Shown here: in pieces, positions 1 through 9,377 of the stretch
Layout of the letters: the number at the start of each line of letters is the position of its first letter
Numbering within the stretch: the stretch's first letter is position 1
NCBI GenBank assembly: GCA_000092065.1
Contig: CP000587.1
Strand: one strand, 5' to 3'
DNA: 64,000 bases
From: Ostreococcus lucimarinus
Lineage: Eukaryota
Notes under the pieces: model-generated
What the model was told of the DNA's origin: nothing
The model's database searches: none
The model's input: the letters and a program-made list of their open reading frames with translations, nothing else
Made by a program: the position numbers and the translations under genes

Positions 1-1262
1 ACCGGTCGCTCGCGCTCGGCGCGCGACGTTCGCAGGTAGAAGACGCCCGTGTCGAAACTCGACACGCGATGGCGCTCGTGACTCGGACGAGCGTGCTGGG
101 CGCCGTCGCAAAAGCCGTGAGACTGCGCATCGATGATGTCTGGACCGTGCTGCAGATGTCGACTTTCCAAGAGCGCACTCCAGTAATGGCATTCCTTCCA
201 CAGCGGTACGATGACTACGAAACTGAGCGCCTCGTTCGCGTTCGCGGCGCGATCGAGCAAATCGTTCGCCTTTTCGACCGCGCGCGACATCGTTTCCGGG
301 ACGAAAGGCGGGTTCATCTCGAACGATCCGCGTTTTGGTGCAAAGTCGTCGCTAAAAAAGCTTCCGAGCGATCCGAAGAACGCGTCGACGTCTGGCGCGC
401 GGTCCTCGTCAAAACCAAATTGCGAACAAAATTGCCCGTACCGAGCGTTGAGCGGCGACGCGAAACACTCGCACGACACGCCCAACTTTTCGTTCAAAAC
501 ATCGAACGCATCCTCGGCGAGCGCGCTTTGGTATCCAGCCCCGCCCAGCGATTCGTATCGCATCAACAATGCGAACACGGCGCACGCGAACTTTTGGTAC
601 TCGTCTGAATCGACGTCCTCCGTCAACGGTTCACAGCCTCGCACTGTTCTGCAATATAAAGCGCGCAGTTTACCGAGATGTGCTTTCGCACACTTCACGT
701 ACGGTTTCTCTGTTCCCAATTGCATCGTCAAGAAAGCACCTTTGTCGCGAACGACGACGGCGTCGCGCGCCTCTCCGCCGTCGTCGCGCGCCTCGGCCCA
801 TCGAGCCGCGCTCTCCTTGGCGACCGCGAGCGCCTCCGCCGCCCCTTCCGCACCGTCTCGCTCGCTCGCCCCGTGTCTAATCAAATCTTTCGCCAAACCG
901 AGCCCCTGCGCCGGCAACACCGGCGCCGCGAGCGCGCCCGAGACGGCGCACCTCGCCAACCAACGCTCAAACAGCAGCAGCGGCGTCCCTCCCTCGTCGG
1001 TCCGCCCCGTCCTCGCCCGCGCGATGCGCTGCAGCGCGCTCCTCGCGCGCTTCACGCCGCGAAACAGCGCGAGCTCGCGCGCAGCCGCCCGACGCGCGTC
1101 GCCGACGTCGGCGCGCTCGCGCACGCCGCGCACGCGCACGCCCGTGGGGGTGTCCGAGCTCCTCCGGTCGTCCACGTCCAAGGCGCGCACGCGCGGGTCC
1201 CATATGCGCCGCTTGACGGCGTCGGTGGGCGCGCGATCCGCTCGACGCGCGCGCTTGGGCAT
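1..1262 (-). CDS. PCIF1-like N6-adenosine methyltransferase family protein (5' part; gene continues beyond window start)
   Basis: Manual minus-strand translation gives an uninterrupted protein-like reading frame from ATG (cat at 1260-1262) to position 1. An in-frame stop lies upstream at 1314-1316. It contains ...ECFASPLNARYGQF... and the catalytic-type motif FEMNPPFVPE (NPPF = (D/N)PP(F/Y/W) amino-MTase motif, as in PCIF1). Absent from the ORF track because the stop lies outside the window. The plus-strand ORFs 69..608, 211..1443 and 678..1388 are Ser/Arg-rich antisense artefacts. Confidence 0.5.
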   Translation of the reverse strand, partial: MPKRARRADRAPTDAVKRRIWDPRVRALDVDDRRSSDTPTGVRVRGVRERADVGDARRAAARELALFRGVKRARSALQRIARARTGRTDEGGTPLLLFERWLARCAVSGALAAPVLPAQGLGLAKDLIRHGASERDGAEGAAEALAVAKESAARWAEARDDGGEARDAVVVRDKGAFLTMQLGTEKPYVKCAKAHLGKLRALYCRTVRGCEPLTEDVDSDEYQKFACAVFALLMRYESLGGAGYQSALAEDAFDVLNEKLGVSCECFASPLNARYGQFCSQFGFDEDRAPDVDAFFGSLGSFFSDDFAPKRGSFEMNPPFVPETMSRAVEKANDLLDRAANANEALSFVVIVPLWKECHYWSALLESRHLQHGPDIIDAQSHGFCDGAQHARPSHERHRVSSFDTGVFYLRTSRAERERP

Positions 1263-1423
1263 CGCGCCGGCGTCGGACGCGGTCGGGTGTGCGGGAGACG
1301 CGCTTTTGAAAGATTACTCATGTCCAGCCGCGAGGAGTGGGTGGTTGGCAGATATTTTTCTCGAGCGGACGCGTTCGATGTTGCTTGATTATATTACGAA
1401 CCGGCTGTTGCTGTTCTACGCGC

Positions 1424-4400
1424 TCAAAGGCCGCCGGCGATGATTCTTGGTAGGATTGCGGTGGCGACACCGAGGGCGTAGTACGCCCAGACCGGAATGT
1501 CGCGCACGTCGACGACGGTGTCGCCCTTGGCGCGACCGTCCATCATGGCTTGCATCTTTTCGCCGTCGTCTGCGGCGGCGAGTTGCTTTTCGACCTTGCT
1601 GGAGATTTCGTCGATGGTAGACTCGTCGATCTCCATGGACGTGGCGTATCGGCGCTTGATGCGGTCCAAATCATCCGCAATCTTGCGCGATTCCTCGAGA
1701 ACCTTGCGTTCTTCGCCGTAAAGCGCCAAGAAATCGGCGAGCTTTTTCTCCGTGGCGCCCAACTTTTCGCGAACGATGATGAGTTGCTTTTCGTTAGTCT
1801 CGATTTGTGACTTGTACGTGGCCACGTCCTTGGTTTCGCTGCGAAGTCTCTGGATTTCCGCTTCGGCCACGTCCGCTCTCTTCTCGGCGCTAGAGACGTC
1901 AACAAGCGCTTGACGCGAGAGCTCGTCGATTTCGGATTCGTGCTTTTGCTGCATGGAGGCATACTTGGATTCGAAATCCGCCGTCAAGCGCGCGATCTCC
2001 GAAGCTCGTTGATTCTGTGCGTTTGCGAGCGCTTTGGTAAGGTCCGCCTGCAATTGAGCGAGCTCATCCTTGAGCTTTTGCATTTCAGCAGCCTTGGAAG
2101 CGTCGACGCTGGAGAGCTTATTTGCCAGCACAGACTTCTCCTCCGCGATGGCGGCGAGCGACTTCTCGAGCTCGGCGACGCGCGCTTGAGCAGCGTCCCT
2201 GGCGGTGGCGAGCGTTGCCAGCTCCTTGGGATCGACGGCGTTCTTCGTGAGAGTCGCGACTTCCTTCTCCAGTTCGCTCGCGCGAGCCAAGGCGGCGTCT
2301 CGAGCGCTGGCGAGCGTTGCCAGCTCCTTGGGATCGACGGCGTTCTTCGTGAGAGTCGCGACTTCCTTCTCCAGTTCGCTCGCGCGAGCCAAGGCGGCGT
2401 CTCGAGCGCTGGCGAGCGCTGCCAGCTCCTTGGGATCGACGGCGTTCTTCGTGAGAGTCGCGACTTCCTTCTCCAGTTCGCTCGCGCGAGCCAAGGCCGC
2501 GTCTCGCGCGTTCGTGAGAGAGGCCACTTCCTGCTCGAGCTTTTCGAGAGCTGCCTTGGCCGAAGCCGCGTCGTTGGAAGCGGACTTCGCGTCAGCGCTC
2601 GCCTTCGTCAGCGCAGCGTTAGTGTCTGCGATCGCCTTCTCGAGCTTGGCCTTTTCAGCTTCGAGCGCGGTCACCTTACCGGCGCTCGTCGTGTCGACCT
2701 TGGCCAATGCTTGCGAGAGCTCGGACTTGTGTTGCGCAACAATACTGCTCAACTCGTCGGCGTGAGCCTTCTTCAAATCTGCAGTCGCTTGTTTGACGAG
2801 CTTTTCGTATTCGGCGACCTCAGCTTCGAAGGCGGCACGAGCCTTGGCGGACTCATCCAAGAACATTTGCTCCAACTTCTTTCGTTGATCCTCGGCTTGG
2901 GCGATGACTTGACTTCGCGCTCGCTCGAGCGCCGTCTTCGAAGACGCTTCGAGTTCCGCACGCTGCGCTTCAGCATCCGTCAACGACTTGGCGAGTTTAT
3001 CCTTTTCGCTTTGAAGTTGCGCTTCGAGGGCGCTAATTTGCGCTTTGAGGTCCGACGCGTCGCTGGCATCCTTCAACGCCGCCACATGATCCTTGTTCAA
3101 TTTATCAATCTCCGCGGCGTGATCCTGTTGCAACTTGTTCAAAGTGGATTCATACGACGCCTTGGAGCTCGTCAACGAATTAGTGAGCTCGTCGACTTGT
3201 TGTTGCAACCCGGGGATGAGAGCCGCTTTGGTGAGAGCATCGGCGAGTTCTTTTTCAGCTTGTGCGGCGTTCTGCTTCTCGGCATCCGCGAGTTTCGCCT
3301 TGAGTGCGTCAATTTCTGCTTGCGCTTTCGTCAACTTGGCTCCGTACTCCGCTTCCACTTGTTCCTTCGCCTTTTGTAATGCGCTCTTTTGCTCAGTCTC
3401 GAGCTTGGAAATCTTCGAAAGCAAAACCGCATCGGCACTCTCTGCGGCTTCCTTTGCCGCGGTGAGATCTCTAGCGTTTTGAGCCTTGAGCGCGGCGACG
3501 TCCGCCTCGTATTGAGCCTTGGCGTCTGCGAGTGCTTTGCTAGCTGCCGCAACATCCGCATCGGTACGTTTGCGAAGCTCTTCGATTTGAGCGGCTAATT
3601 TGGCGTCAAGTTCAGCCTTTTGCTCCGCGAGTCGCGCTGAAATTTGGGCGTCAACATCGGCGAGCGATTGAACAGCTGAAGCCTTCGCCTTTTCGGCATC
3701 AGCCTTGGCCAAGGACAAATTCTGATCATGTTCTGCTTCAAGAGCGGCGATGCGAGCGCTGAGTGCGTCGCGCTCCGACGAGACAGCGGCCACGCCTTCC
3801 TTCGCTTGCGCATCGAACGCGCTTCTGAGCTCGTGCATCTCATCAGCGAAGTGCTTCTCCAACTCGGCAACCTTGTTTGCCGCCGCACTCTTCGCCTCAC
3901 TGAGCTGCGATTCCAATTCCTTGATTTCCTCTTCAGCCTCCTTGAGTTTGGCGTTGAGCGTCGCGATTTCGGCTTCAAATTGTGCCTTGGCATCGGTGCC
4001 CGCCGCGGCCGCCTTCAGTTCAAGAGCCTTAATTTCAGCCTCAAGCTTTTGAACCGTCGACTTGTACTCGCTCTCCGTCGAGCTAAACTTGGCTGTCAGG
4101 GCGTCGAGCTCCTTCTTGGCCGCACTCCCATCTTCAGCCTGGATAGCCGCGGCTTGGATCGCCTCGGCAGTGCGCGACTTTTCCGCCGCTAGTTGGCGCG
4201 CAGCGTCTTCACGCGCCGCAGCAAGTTGGTCTTCAAGGGATTTGGTCGTCTTAGCGAGGTCTGTCTCGAGTTGCGCCATCTTCGCCTTGATGGCTTCAGC
4301 TTGCGCAGCTTCGGCAGACTTCAGCTTGGACTGCGATTCAGCGATTGCCTTCGCGTGATCAGCGTTGATTCTTTCGATCTGCACCTTATGCGCGCGTTCG

Positions 4401-6766
4401 AGTTCATCCATCTTCGTCAACCACGTCTTCTCGACCTCAGCCTCTCGAGAAGCGAGAGCAGATTCAAGCGAAATCTGCGATTGCTTCTTCAATGCGTCGA
4501 TTTCGGCATCGTACGCTTGCGCCTTTTCCTTGGCAGCTTTCTCGGCGATCTCTAACGCATTGATTCTAGACTCGTACGACGAGACGAGCTTTTGCGTCTT
4601 TGAAGTTTCGGAATCAAAGAGCGCTTTCAAGGCGCGGCGTTCCGCCGCCATCGAGCGTGTAGCGTTCGCCAACTGCTTCTCAAGTTCGGCTTCGGCCGCG
4701 ACACGAGTAGCCTTGGCCGTGAACTCGAGTTGCGCCGCGAGTTCTTGCTTGGCGTCTTCCTTCAGCTGACGTACTTTGCTCTTGGTATCCTTTTCCATCT
4801 TTTCAACTTTGACGGCGTGCGCCGCGCCGAGGCGCTCCATCTTGCCTGACCAGAACAAGTTCAGCCTTTCTTCGGCACTTTCAATCTCCTTCTTCAAGTT
4901 GTCGCCCGTGAACATCTTCATTTTTTCGGATTCGGACTTGAGAAGATCGAACACCGCTCGTCGCTCATTCTTGGACATCTTGAGTTGCTTTTGAAGCTCC
5001 GCGATGGCGGCATCCTTTTCAGCCAACAGCTCCGCCGTCATTTCGAGCTCTTCTTCCTTCATCTCGGCGACGAGCTGCATCTTTTCAATCTCGTTGAGGT
5101 GAATTTGTTCAGCCACGGCATCGATAATTTCTTGCTTGGCGGCTACGAGATCTTGCGCAGCTCCTTCTTTGACTAGTTCGAGGCTCCTCGCGTGCGCGGT
5201 TTGCGCGGCGGCAGCGGCGCTCTCGTACGTCGCCTTGAGGACAGCCATCTCGGCGCGAATGGCTTCGACATCCTTGGCGCTCGCCGCCTTGGTTTGCTCG
5301 AGGCTGTCAGCGTGCGCCTTTTGGGCTGCATCAGCGGCACTTCGGTACGTCGCCTCTAAGGTCGCCTTTTCGGCCGCAAAGGCGCTCGCGCCGCGCTTCT
5401 CGGCTTCGGATTCGACTTGCTGCATCTTGGCCTGGTGCTCGCGCATGAGTTGCGCGATGGCTTCGGTATGCCTGGCGTCGAGATCGGCGAGCTTCTTCTT
5501 GGCGTCTTCATTTATTTTCATCTCCGCCTCAGTGATCGCCGCGCGCATCTCAACCTTCCAAGCCGCTTCCTTATCGTTCATGAGAAGCTCGAGCGCTTGA
5601 CGCTCCGCGAGAGCCTCGGCAATGGCGCGCTGCAACTCGCGTTCGGCTTCGAACTGCACTTCAGCCACGGCGGCGACGAGTTCGGCGGCGGATGTTTCTG
5701 CATTCGCAGCCGCCTCTTCGAGCTTGGAAATAAGCGATAACTTCTCGGCTTCAATGGCCGTGACCTTGGCGTGCCAGTCCGCGGCTTGCGCCTCCTTGAC
5801 GGAGATGGCTTTTTGAAGCTTGGAAACTTCAGAGTACATCATCGCTCTTTGGGCCTGGTACAACGCCTTGGCGGCGCGCACTTTGGACAATAGATCCTTA
5901 CGCTCGTCCGCAAATTTGCCTTCCATGCCCGCGACCTCAGTCTCGAGCTTCGAGATCGTTTCCTTGAGCAAAGCCGTGTCGCGCTCGTGCGCCTCGCGCA
6001 TGCGTCGCTTTTCGGCTTCAAACTGCGCCTTGGCTTGTTCGAGAGCCTTGGCCTTGTCGGCGGCGTGTGAGTTATTTTGATCGCGCAACTTTGTGATGTC
6101 CATCTGCAAACGGGCGATTTCACGCTTGTGGCGCTCCTCCACGCGCGACATTTCCATCGCAAACTGAGATTGCTTCTGCTCGAGCTCAGCCATCTCGGCT
6201 TCAAACTCGCGCATCATCACCTCGCGAAGCGCCTCGAGGCGTTCGAAAGACTTGGCCCCCCGAGCCATCGCCTGCGCGTGAACTTGCGCGTCGTACGATC
6301 CTTCAAACATGGACGAATCGGCGAGCGTGCGAACCAACCACGCGGCCGCGCACGTCGCCGCGCACGCCGCGCCCGCGCTGAGCACGCACGTCGCGCTCAC
6401 CTTGTACGCTTGGACGACGACGATGGACAACAGAGACCCGAACGCATACGTCACGCACATCGCCAACGCCCCCGGCGCGCTCGCCATCCCGCCAAATTTA
6501 CTCCACACGTACGCCGACACCAGCGTCGCGAGCGTCGCCGCGGACGCACGAATCGCGCTCGCCCCCGGCGTCGCCGCCCACGTCAATCCGCCCGCCGTCA
6601 CAAACGCGTAATCCGCCGCGCACACCGCCCCTACCACCGCTCCCGCCGTGAGCAGCGCCCGCATCGCGGGCGGCGTCGAATTCGGTCCATCATTCGACGA
6701 TCCCGACGGGACTCCCATCGTCGTCGTCGTCGTCGTCGTCGTCGTTTCGTTCGCCTCGTACGTCAT
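1424..6766 (-). CDS. giant membrane-anchored coiled-coil protein (~1780 aa) with internal 34-aa tandem repeats
   Basis: Track ORF 1424..7075(-). The first 103 codons are Arg/Ala-rich and probably 5' leader, so the likely ATG is at 6766 (MTYEANETTTTTTTTTMGVPS; alternative ATG at 6718). Downstream are several Ala-rich hydrophobic segments (putative TMs), then about 1,500 aa of heptad-rich E/K/A/L sequence, ending in a hydrophobic tail IPVWAYYALGVATAILPRIIAGGL. Three near-identical 34-aa repeats (ARDAALARASELEKEVATLTKNAVDPKELAxLAS) are encoded by a 102-bp tandem repeat. Confidence 0.65.
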   Translation of the reverse strand: MTYEANETTTTTTTTTMGVPSGSSNDGPNSTPPAMRALLTAGAVVGAVCAADYAFVTAGGLTWAATPGASAIRASAATLATLVSAYVWSKFGGMASAPGALAMCVTYAFGSLLSIVVVQAYKVSATCVLSAGAACAATCAAAWLVRTLADSSMFEGSYDAQVHAQAMARGAKSFERLEALREVMMREFEAEMAELEQKQSQFAMEMSRVEERHKREIARLQMDITKLRDQNNSHAADKAKALEQAKAQFEAEKRRMREAHERDTALLKETISKLETEVAGMEGKFADERKDLLSKVRAAKALYQAQRAMMYSEVSKLQKAISVKEAQAADWHAKVTAIEAEKLSLISKLEEAAANAETSAAELVAAVAEVQFEAERELQRAIAEALAERQALELLMNDKEAAWKVEMRAAITEAEMKINEDAKKKLADLDARHTEAIAQLMREHQAKMQQVESEAEKRGASAFAAEKATLEATYRSAADAAQKAHADSLEQTKAASAKDVEAIRAEMAVLKATYESAAAAAQTAHARSLELVKEGAAQDLVAAKQEIIDAVAEQIHLNEIEKMQLVAEMKEEELEMTAELLAEKDAAIAELQKQLKMSKNERRAVFDLLKSESEKMKMFTGDNLKKEIESAEERLNLFWSGKMERLGAAHAVKVEKMEKDTKSKVRQLKEDAKQELAAQLEFTAKATRVAAEAELEKQLANATRSMAAERRALKALFDSETSKTQKLVSSYESRINALEIAEKAAKEKAQAYDAEIDALKKQSQISLESALASREAEVEKTWLTKMDELERAHKVQIERINADHAKAIAESQSKLKSAEAAQAEAIKAKMAQLETDLAKTTKSLEDQLAAAREDAARQLAAEKSRTAEAIQAAAIQAEDGSAAKKELDALTAKFSSTESEYKSTVQKLEAEIKALELKAAAAGTDAKAQFEAEIATLNAKLKEAEEEIKELESQLSEAKSAAANKVAELEKHFADEMHELRSAFDAQAKEGVAAVSSERDALSARIAALEAEHDQNLSLAKADAEKAKASAVQSLADVDAQISARLAEQKAELDAKLAAQIEELRKRTDADVAAASKALADAKAQYEADVAALKAQNARDLTAAKEAAESADAVLLSKISKLETEQKSALQKAKEQVEAEYGAKLTKAQAEIDALKAKLADAEKQNAAQAEKELADALTKAALIPGLQQQVDELTNSLTSSKASYESTLNKLQQDHAAEIDKLNKDHVAALKDASDASDLKAQISALEAQLQSEKDKLAKSLTDAEAQRAELEASSKTALERARSQVIAQAEDQRKKLEQMFLDESAKARAAFEAEVAEYEKLVKQATADLKKAHADELSSIVAQHKSELSQALAKVDTTSAGKVTALEAEKAKLEKAIADTNAALTKASADAKSASNDAASAKAALEKLEQEVASLTNARDAALARASELEKEVATLTKNAVDPKELAALASARDAALARASELEKEVATLTKNAVDPKELATLASARDAALARASELEKEVATLTKNAVDPKELATLATARDAAQARVAELEKSLAAIAEEKSVLANKLSSVDASKAAEMQKLKDELAQLQADLTKALANAQNQRASEIARLTADFESKYASMQQKHESEIDELSRQALVDVSSAEKRADVAEAEIQRLRSETKDVATYKSQIETNEKQLIIVREKLGATEKKLADFLALYGEERKVLEESRKIADDLDRIKRRYATSMEIDESTIDEISSKVEKQLAAADDGEKMQAMMDGRAKGDTVVDVRDIPVWAYYALGVATAILPRIIAGGL
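2212..2517 (-). repeat. 3 x 102-bp near-perfect in-frame tandem repeat inside coiled-coil CDS
   Basis: The string gcgttgccagctccttgggatcgacggcgttcttcgtgagagtcgcgacttccttctccagttcgctcgcgcgagccaaggcggcgtctcgagcgctggcgagc recurs with starts at about 2212, 2314 and 2416 (period 102 bp), with one or two substitutions (T/A residue change). Confidence 0.9.
6721..6745. repeat. (GTC)8 microsatellite encoding the poly-Thr run of the coiled-coil protein N-terminus
   Basis: gtcgtcgtcgtcgtcgtcgtcgtcg seen directly. Confidence 0.9.
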
Positions 6767-7139
6767 CCGCAGCGACCCGTCGCTCGACGCGCGCGTCTCC
6801 GCGCGTCGCCCTCGCGTCGCGCCTCCCCTCGCCCATCCGCCCTCGCCCGGCCTCGCGCGCGCCGCGCCCGCGCGCGCATCGCTCCCGAATCCCATCCCGC
6901 GCGCCGTCGCGCCTCCTCGCACCACGCGCGCGCGCGTCGTCCGTCCCGGCGTCGCCTCGATCGGTGACGTCGCGCGCGTCGTCCGTCGTCCCGCGCGTCC
7001 CGCGCCTCGCACCGCATCGCTCGCCGCGCGCGCGCCCGCGAGCGCGCGCATCGACGTCACACCGCGCGTCGGCATCGTTCACGCGTCGCGCACTCGCGCG
7101 CGTCGACGCCGACGGTCGCCGCGCGCGCGCGATCGCGAT

Positions 7140-7330
7140 TGTCACCCATCGCGCCGCGCATCCAGCGTGGCCGCGGTCGGTCGCGGTCGGTCGATCGATC
7201 GCGCGCGATCGATCCGATCGATCGCGCGTCGATCGCGATCGCGATCGATCGATCGATCGCGCGATCGATCGCGCGCGATCCGATCGCGCGTCGCGCGCGA
7301 ACCCGCGAGAGATTTTTTCGATCGGTTTTA
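7140..7330. repeat. CGATCG/GATCG palindromic simple-repeat block in a divergent promoter region
   Basis: Dense reiteration of gatcgatcgcgcg, cgatcgcgatcgcgatcgatcgatcgatcgcgcgatcgatcgcgcgcgatccgatcgcgcg. It lies between the coiled-coil gene start (minus) and the candidate membrane-protein gene start at 7543 (plus). Confidence 0.8.
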
Positions 7331-7542
7331 TCGCGGCGATCGTCGACGATCGATGGCGATCTCGACGCGCGAAACGCGCGGTCGCGCGCGCCGGCGACCG
7401 ACCGTGCACGGTGGCGCGTGGCGCGTGGCGACGCGCCGAAAACCCGAAAATCCGGAGACGCGACGAGAGATCGCGGCGCGCGCGAGGGCGGCGACGCGAG
7501 ACGACCGACCGAACGACCGACCGAGAGAACGAAAAACGCGGG

Positions 7543-8347
7543 ATGGCGAGCCTGTTCGCGCGATGCACGCCGGGGACGTACGACGCGCTCGAAACGGCGG
7601 CGAAAGGGATGATGCACGCGCAGCTCGCGTGCGCGCTGCTCGGGACGTGCGGGTGGCAAGGGACGGGCTACCTCGCGGGAGTGGCGGCGATGTCGTGCTT
7701 CGGGTTGGTGGCCATCGAAACCGGCAAGAGTGGGCTGCTGAAGGTGCGCGAACGGCGAGGCGAACGGCGAAGCGGGTTTGAACTGAATTGACGCCGCGAG
7801 GCGACGCGACGCGACGCGAACGGGAGACTGACGGCGGCGGATTTCGACGCGCGACGCGCAGTACACGGCGGCGAGCTGCTGGTACACGCTCTGGCTCGAC
7901 ATCATATGGATGGCGTCGTACGCGACGGATAACATCAACAAAAACAACAACTGGAACTCTGGACATAGGCGAGGGAACGAGCTTTGCGTCGGGATGGTCG
8001 TGTTGATTTTCATGCTCAGGTTCCCGCAGTTTTTCGTGTGGCAAAAGCTGTGGCACTTAGGATTCAAGGCGAGTGGCGGTGCCGGGGCTCAACCCTCGAG
8101 ATACGTCGACTTCGCCACGAACCCGGTGGCGCGAGGTCAAGAGATGGGTTCGCCGAGGCCTCAAGGCGACGCGTTCGCGCAACCGCCTCGAGCGACGACA
8201 GCGACGCCGTCGTCCGCCCTCGCGACGGCCCCGGTGTCGCCCTCGCCCGCGCCGCCCGCCCCCGTGGTGAGCGCGCCTTCACCGCCGGCCCCAATCTCCG
8301 CCCCGGCCGTCGTCTCGTTCACTCCGAGTGGACCTGGCAACGTGTAG
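7543..8347 (+). CDS. candidate two-exon gene for a small multi-pass membrane protein (not in ORF track as a unit)
   Basis: Exon 1 is 7543..7743 (MASLFARCTPGTYDALETAAKGMMHAQLACALLGTCGWQGTGYLAGVAAMSCFGLVAIETGKSGLLK), followed by donor AAG|GTGCGCG. The proposed intron is 7744..7861, ending CGCAG. Exon 2 is 7862..8347 (YTAASCWYTLWLDIIWMASYATDNINKNNNWNSGHRRGNELCVGMVVLIFMLRFPQFFVWQKLWHLGFK..., stop 8345-8347). Three hydrophobic helices; the Pro/Ala-rich tail may be partly 3' sequence. This is a model inferred from frame continuity and splice-site resemblance to the other introns in this window. Confidence 0.35.
7744..7861 (+). other. putative intron (GTGCGCG...CGCAG) of the candidate membrane-protein gene
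   Basis: See the 7543..8347 feature. The donor matches the GTGCG-type donors of the five introns supported by protein homology. Confidence 0.3.
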
Positions 8348-9377
8348 GCGACGAGACGTGCCACGCTTACCCACGCGTGTGCGTGAGTATAATCATCCCG
8401 TTTGTGATAATCCAACGGAATAATACAATATATTTTCGAGCGAACGATTCTCTGATCCCGCGTCTGCGTTGCGCCATAAATTGGTTCGCTATAAATTGGT
8501 CTAATTACAATCACGTTTCGTCAAAACGTTCCGCGTCGCCGGCGCTCAACCGCCGCAGTTCAATTCTTCGTCTTCCGCGGTCGGATTCTACGCCGTGGTC
8601 TCTTTAGGTCTGCGATAAAGCATGATGTGCGGCTCCGGGCGATGGCTGCGCACGCGCGGTGTAAAACAAAGTCAGTCGGCGTCGCGCGTCGCGTCCGCGG
8701 CGCCGGCCTCGCGCGTCGAATCGAAACGACAGCCATCGCTCAAACGCATCCAAAATCACCCGCGCGCGCACTCGATACGTACATCGCGTAGTGTACCCAA
8801 CCTCGGGATTGTTGCACGCCCAATCCGCGCCATTCGGTCTGCGCGCGCGTCTTCGTCAGTCCTCCTTCGTCTCGCGGGGGAAAGAATCCCTCCTTCGCGC
8901 GCGCGTCGTCGACCCGTCGCGTCCTCCCCCGTCTCCATCCCTCGCGCGCACCTCGGTCAACAACCGATTCTTCGGCAACAACTTCGCGATATCCGGCGGC
9001 AACACCACGTGTCTGCGGTCGCGCGCGCGCGCCGTCGTCTCGTCAGTCTCGCAACGTTCGTTTCGTCGCGTCTCGTTTCGATCGTTTCCCGCGTCGCCCG
9101 TCGTCGTCGTCGCCGTCGCGCGCGGCGCCGCACCTGTACTCGTACACGTCGTCGTAGTATTTTTCGCTGTACTGAATCTGCGGCATCGCGCGCGCGGCGT
9201 TCGATCGCGCGGGTCGGTGTGCGGGACGTCCGACAGCTCGCTTTGAATTTTCCTTTCCGCCGCTCCGCTTCCGGGTGTGCGACATGGTCGACGTCGGCGC
9301 GTCGTGGTGCCCGGTTTCGTCGCCGCGAACGAGGCACCACCGCGCGACCGGCGTCGCCGGCACTCGCCCGCGCGACG

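Noticed and set aside
211-1443. Long plus-strand ORFs (211..1443, 69..608, 678..1388) at the window start
   Set aside because: Ser/Arg/Ala low-complexity translations. The opposite strand encodes a compositionally normal PCIF1-like protein in one unbroken frame. These are typical antisense artefacts of GC3-rich coding DNA.
6077-8067. Cluster of 250-380-aa ORFs (6077..6967, 6648..7781, 6690..7568-, 6964..7791, 7057..8067-, 7328..8056-)
   Set aside because: All are Arg/Ala/Asp-rich repeats generated by the GC-rich leader and the CGATCG repeat block. Only the short segment 7543..7743 looks protein-like.
8380-8520. AT-rich island with duplicated TATAAATTGG upstream of the aspartic protease
   Set aside because: It could be a TATA-containing promoter, or 3' processing signals of the upstream candidate gene. 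It is about 880 bp from the protease ATG, and no way to decide from sequence alone, so it is not listed as a feature.
8622-9377. The 5' 250 codons of the aspartic-protease ORF and overlapping ORFs 8856..9848(-), 8957..9697(-)
   Set aside because: Arg-rich, no hydrophobic core. The protease body starts with a signal peptide at ATG 9378.
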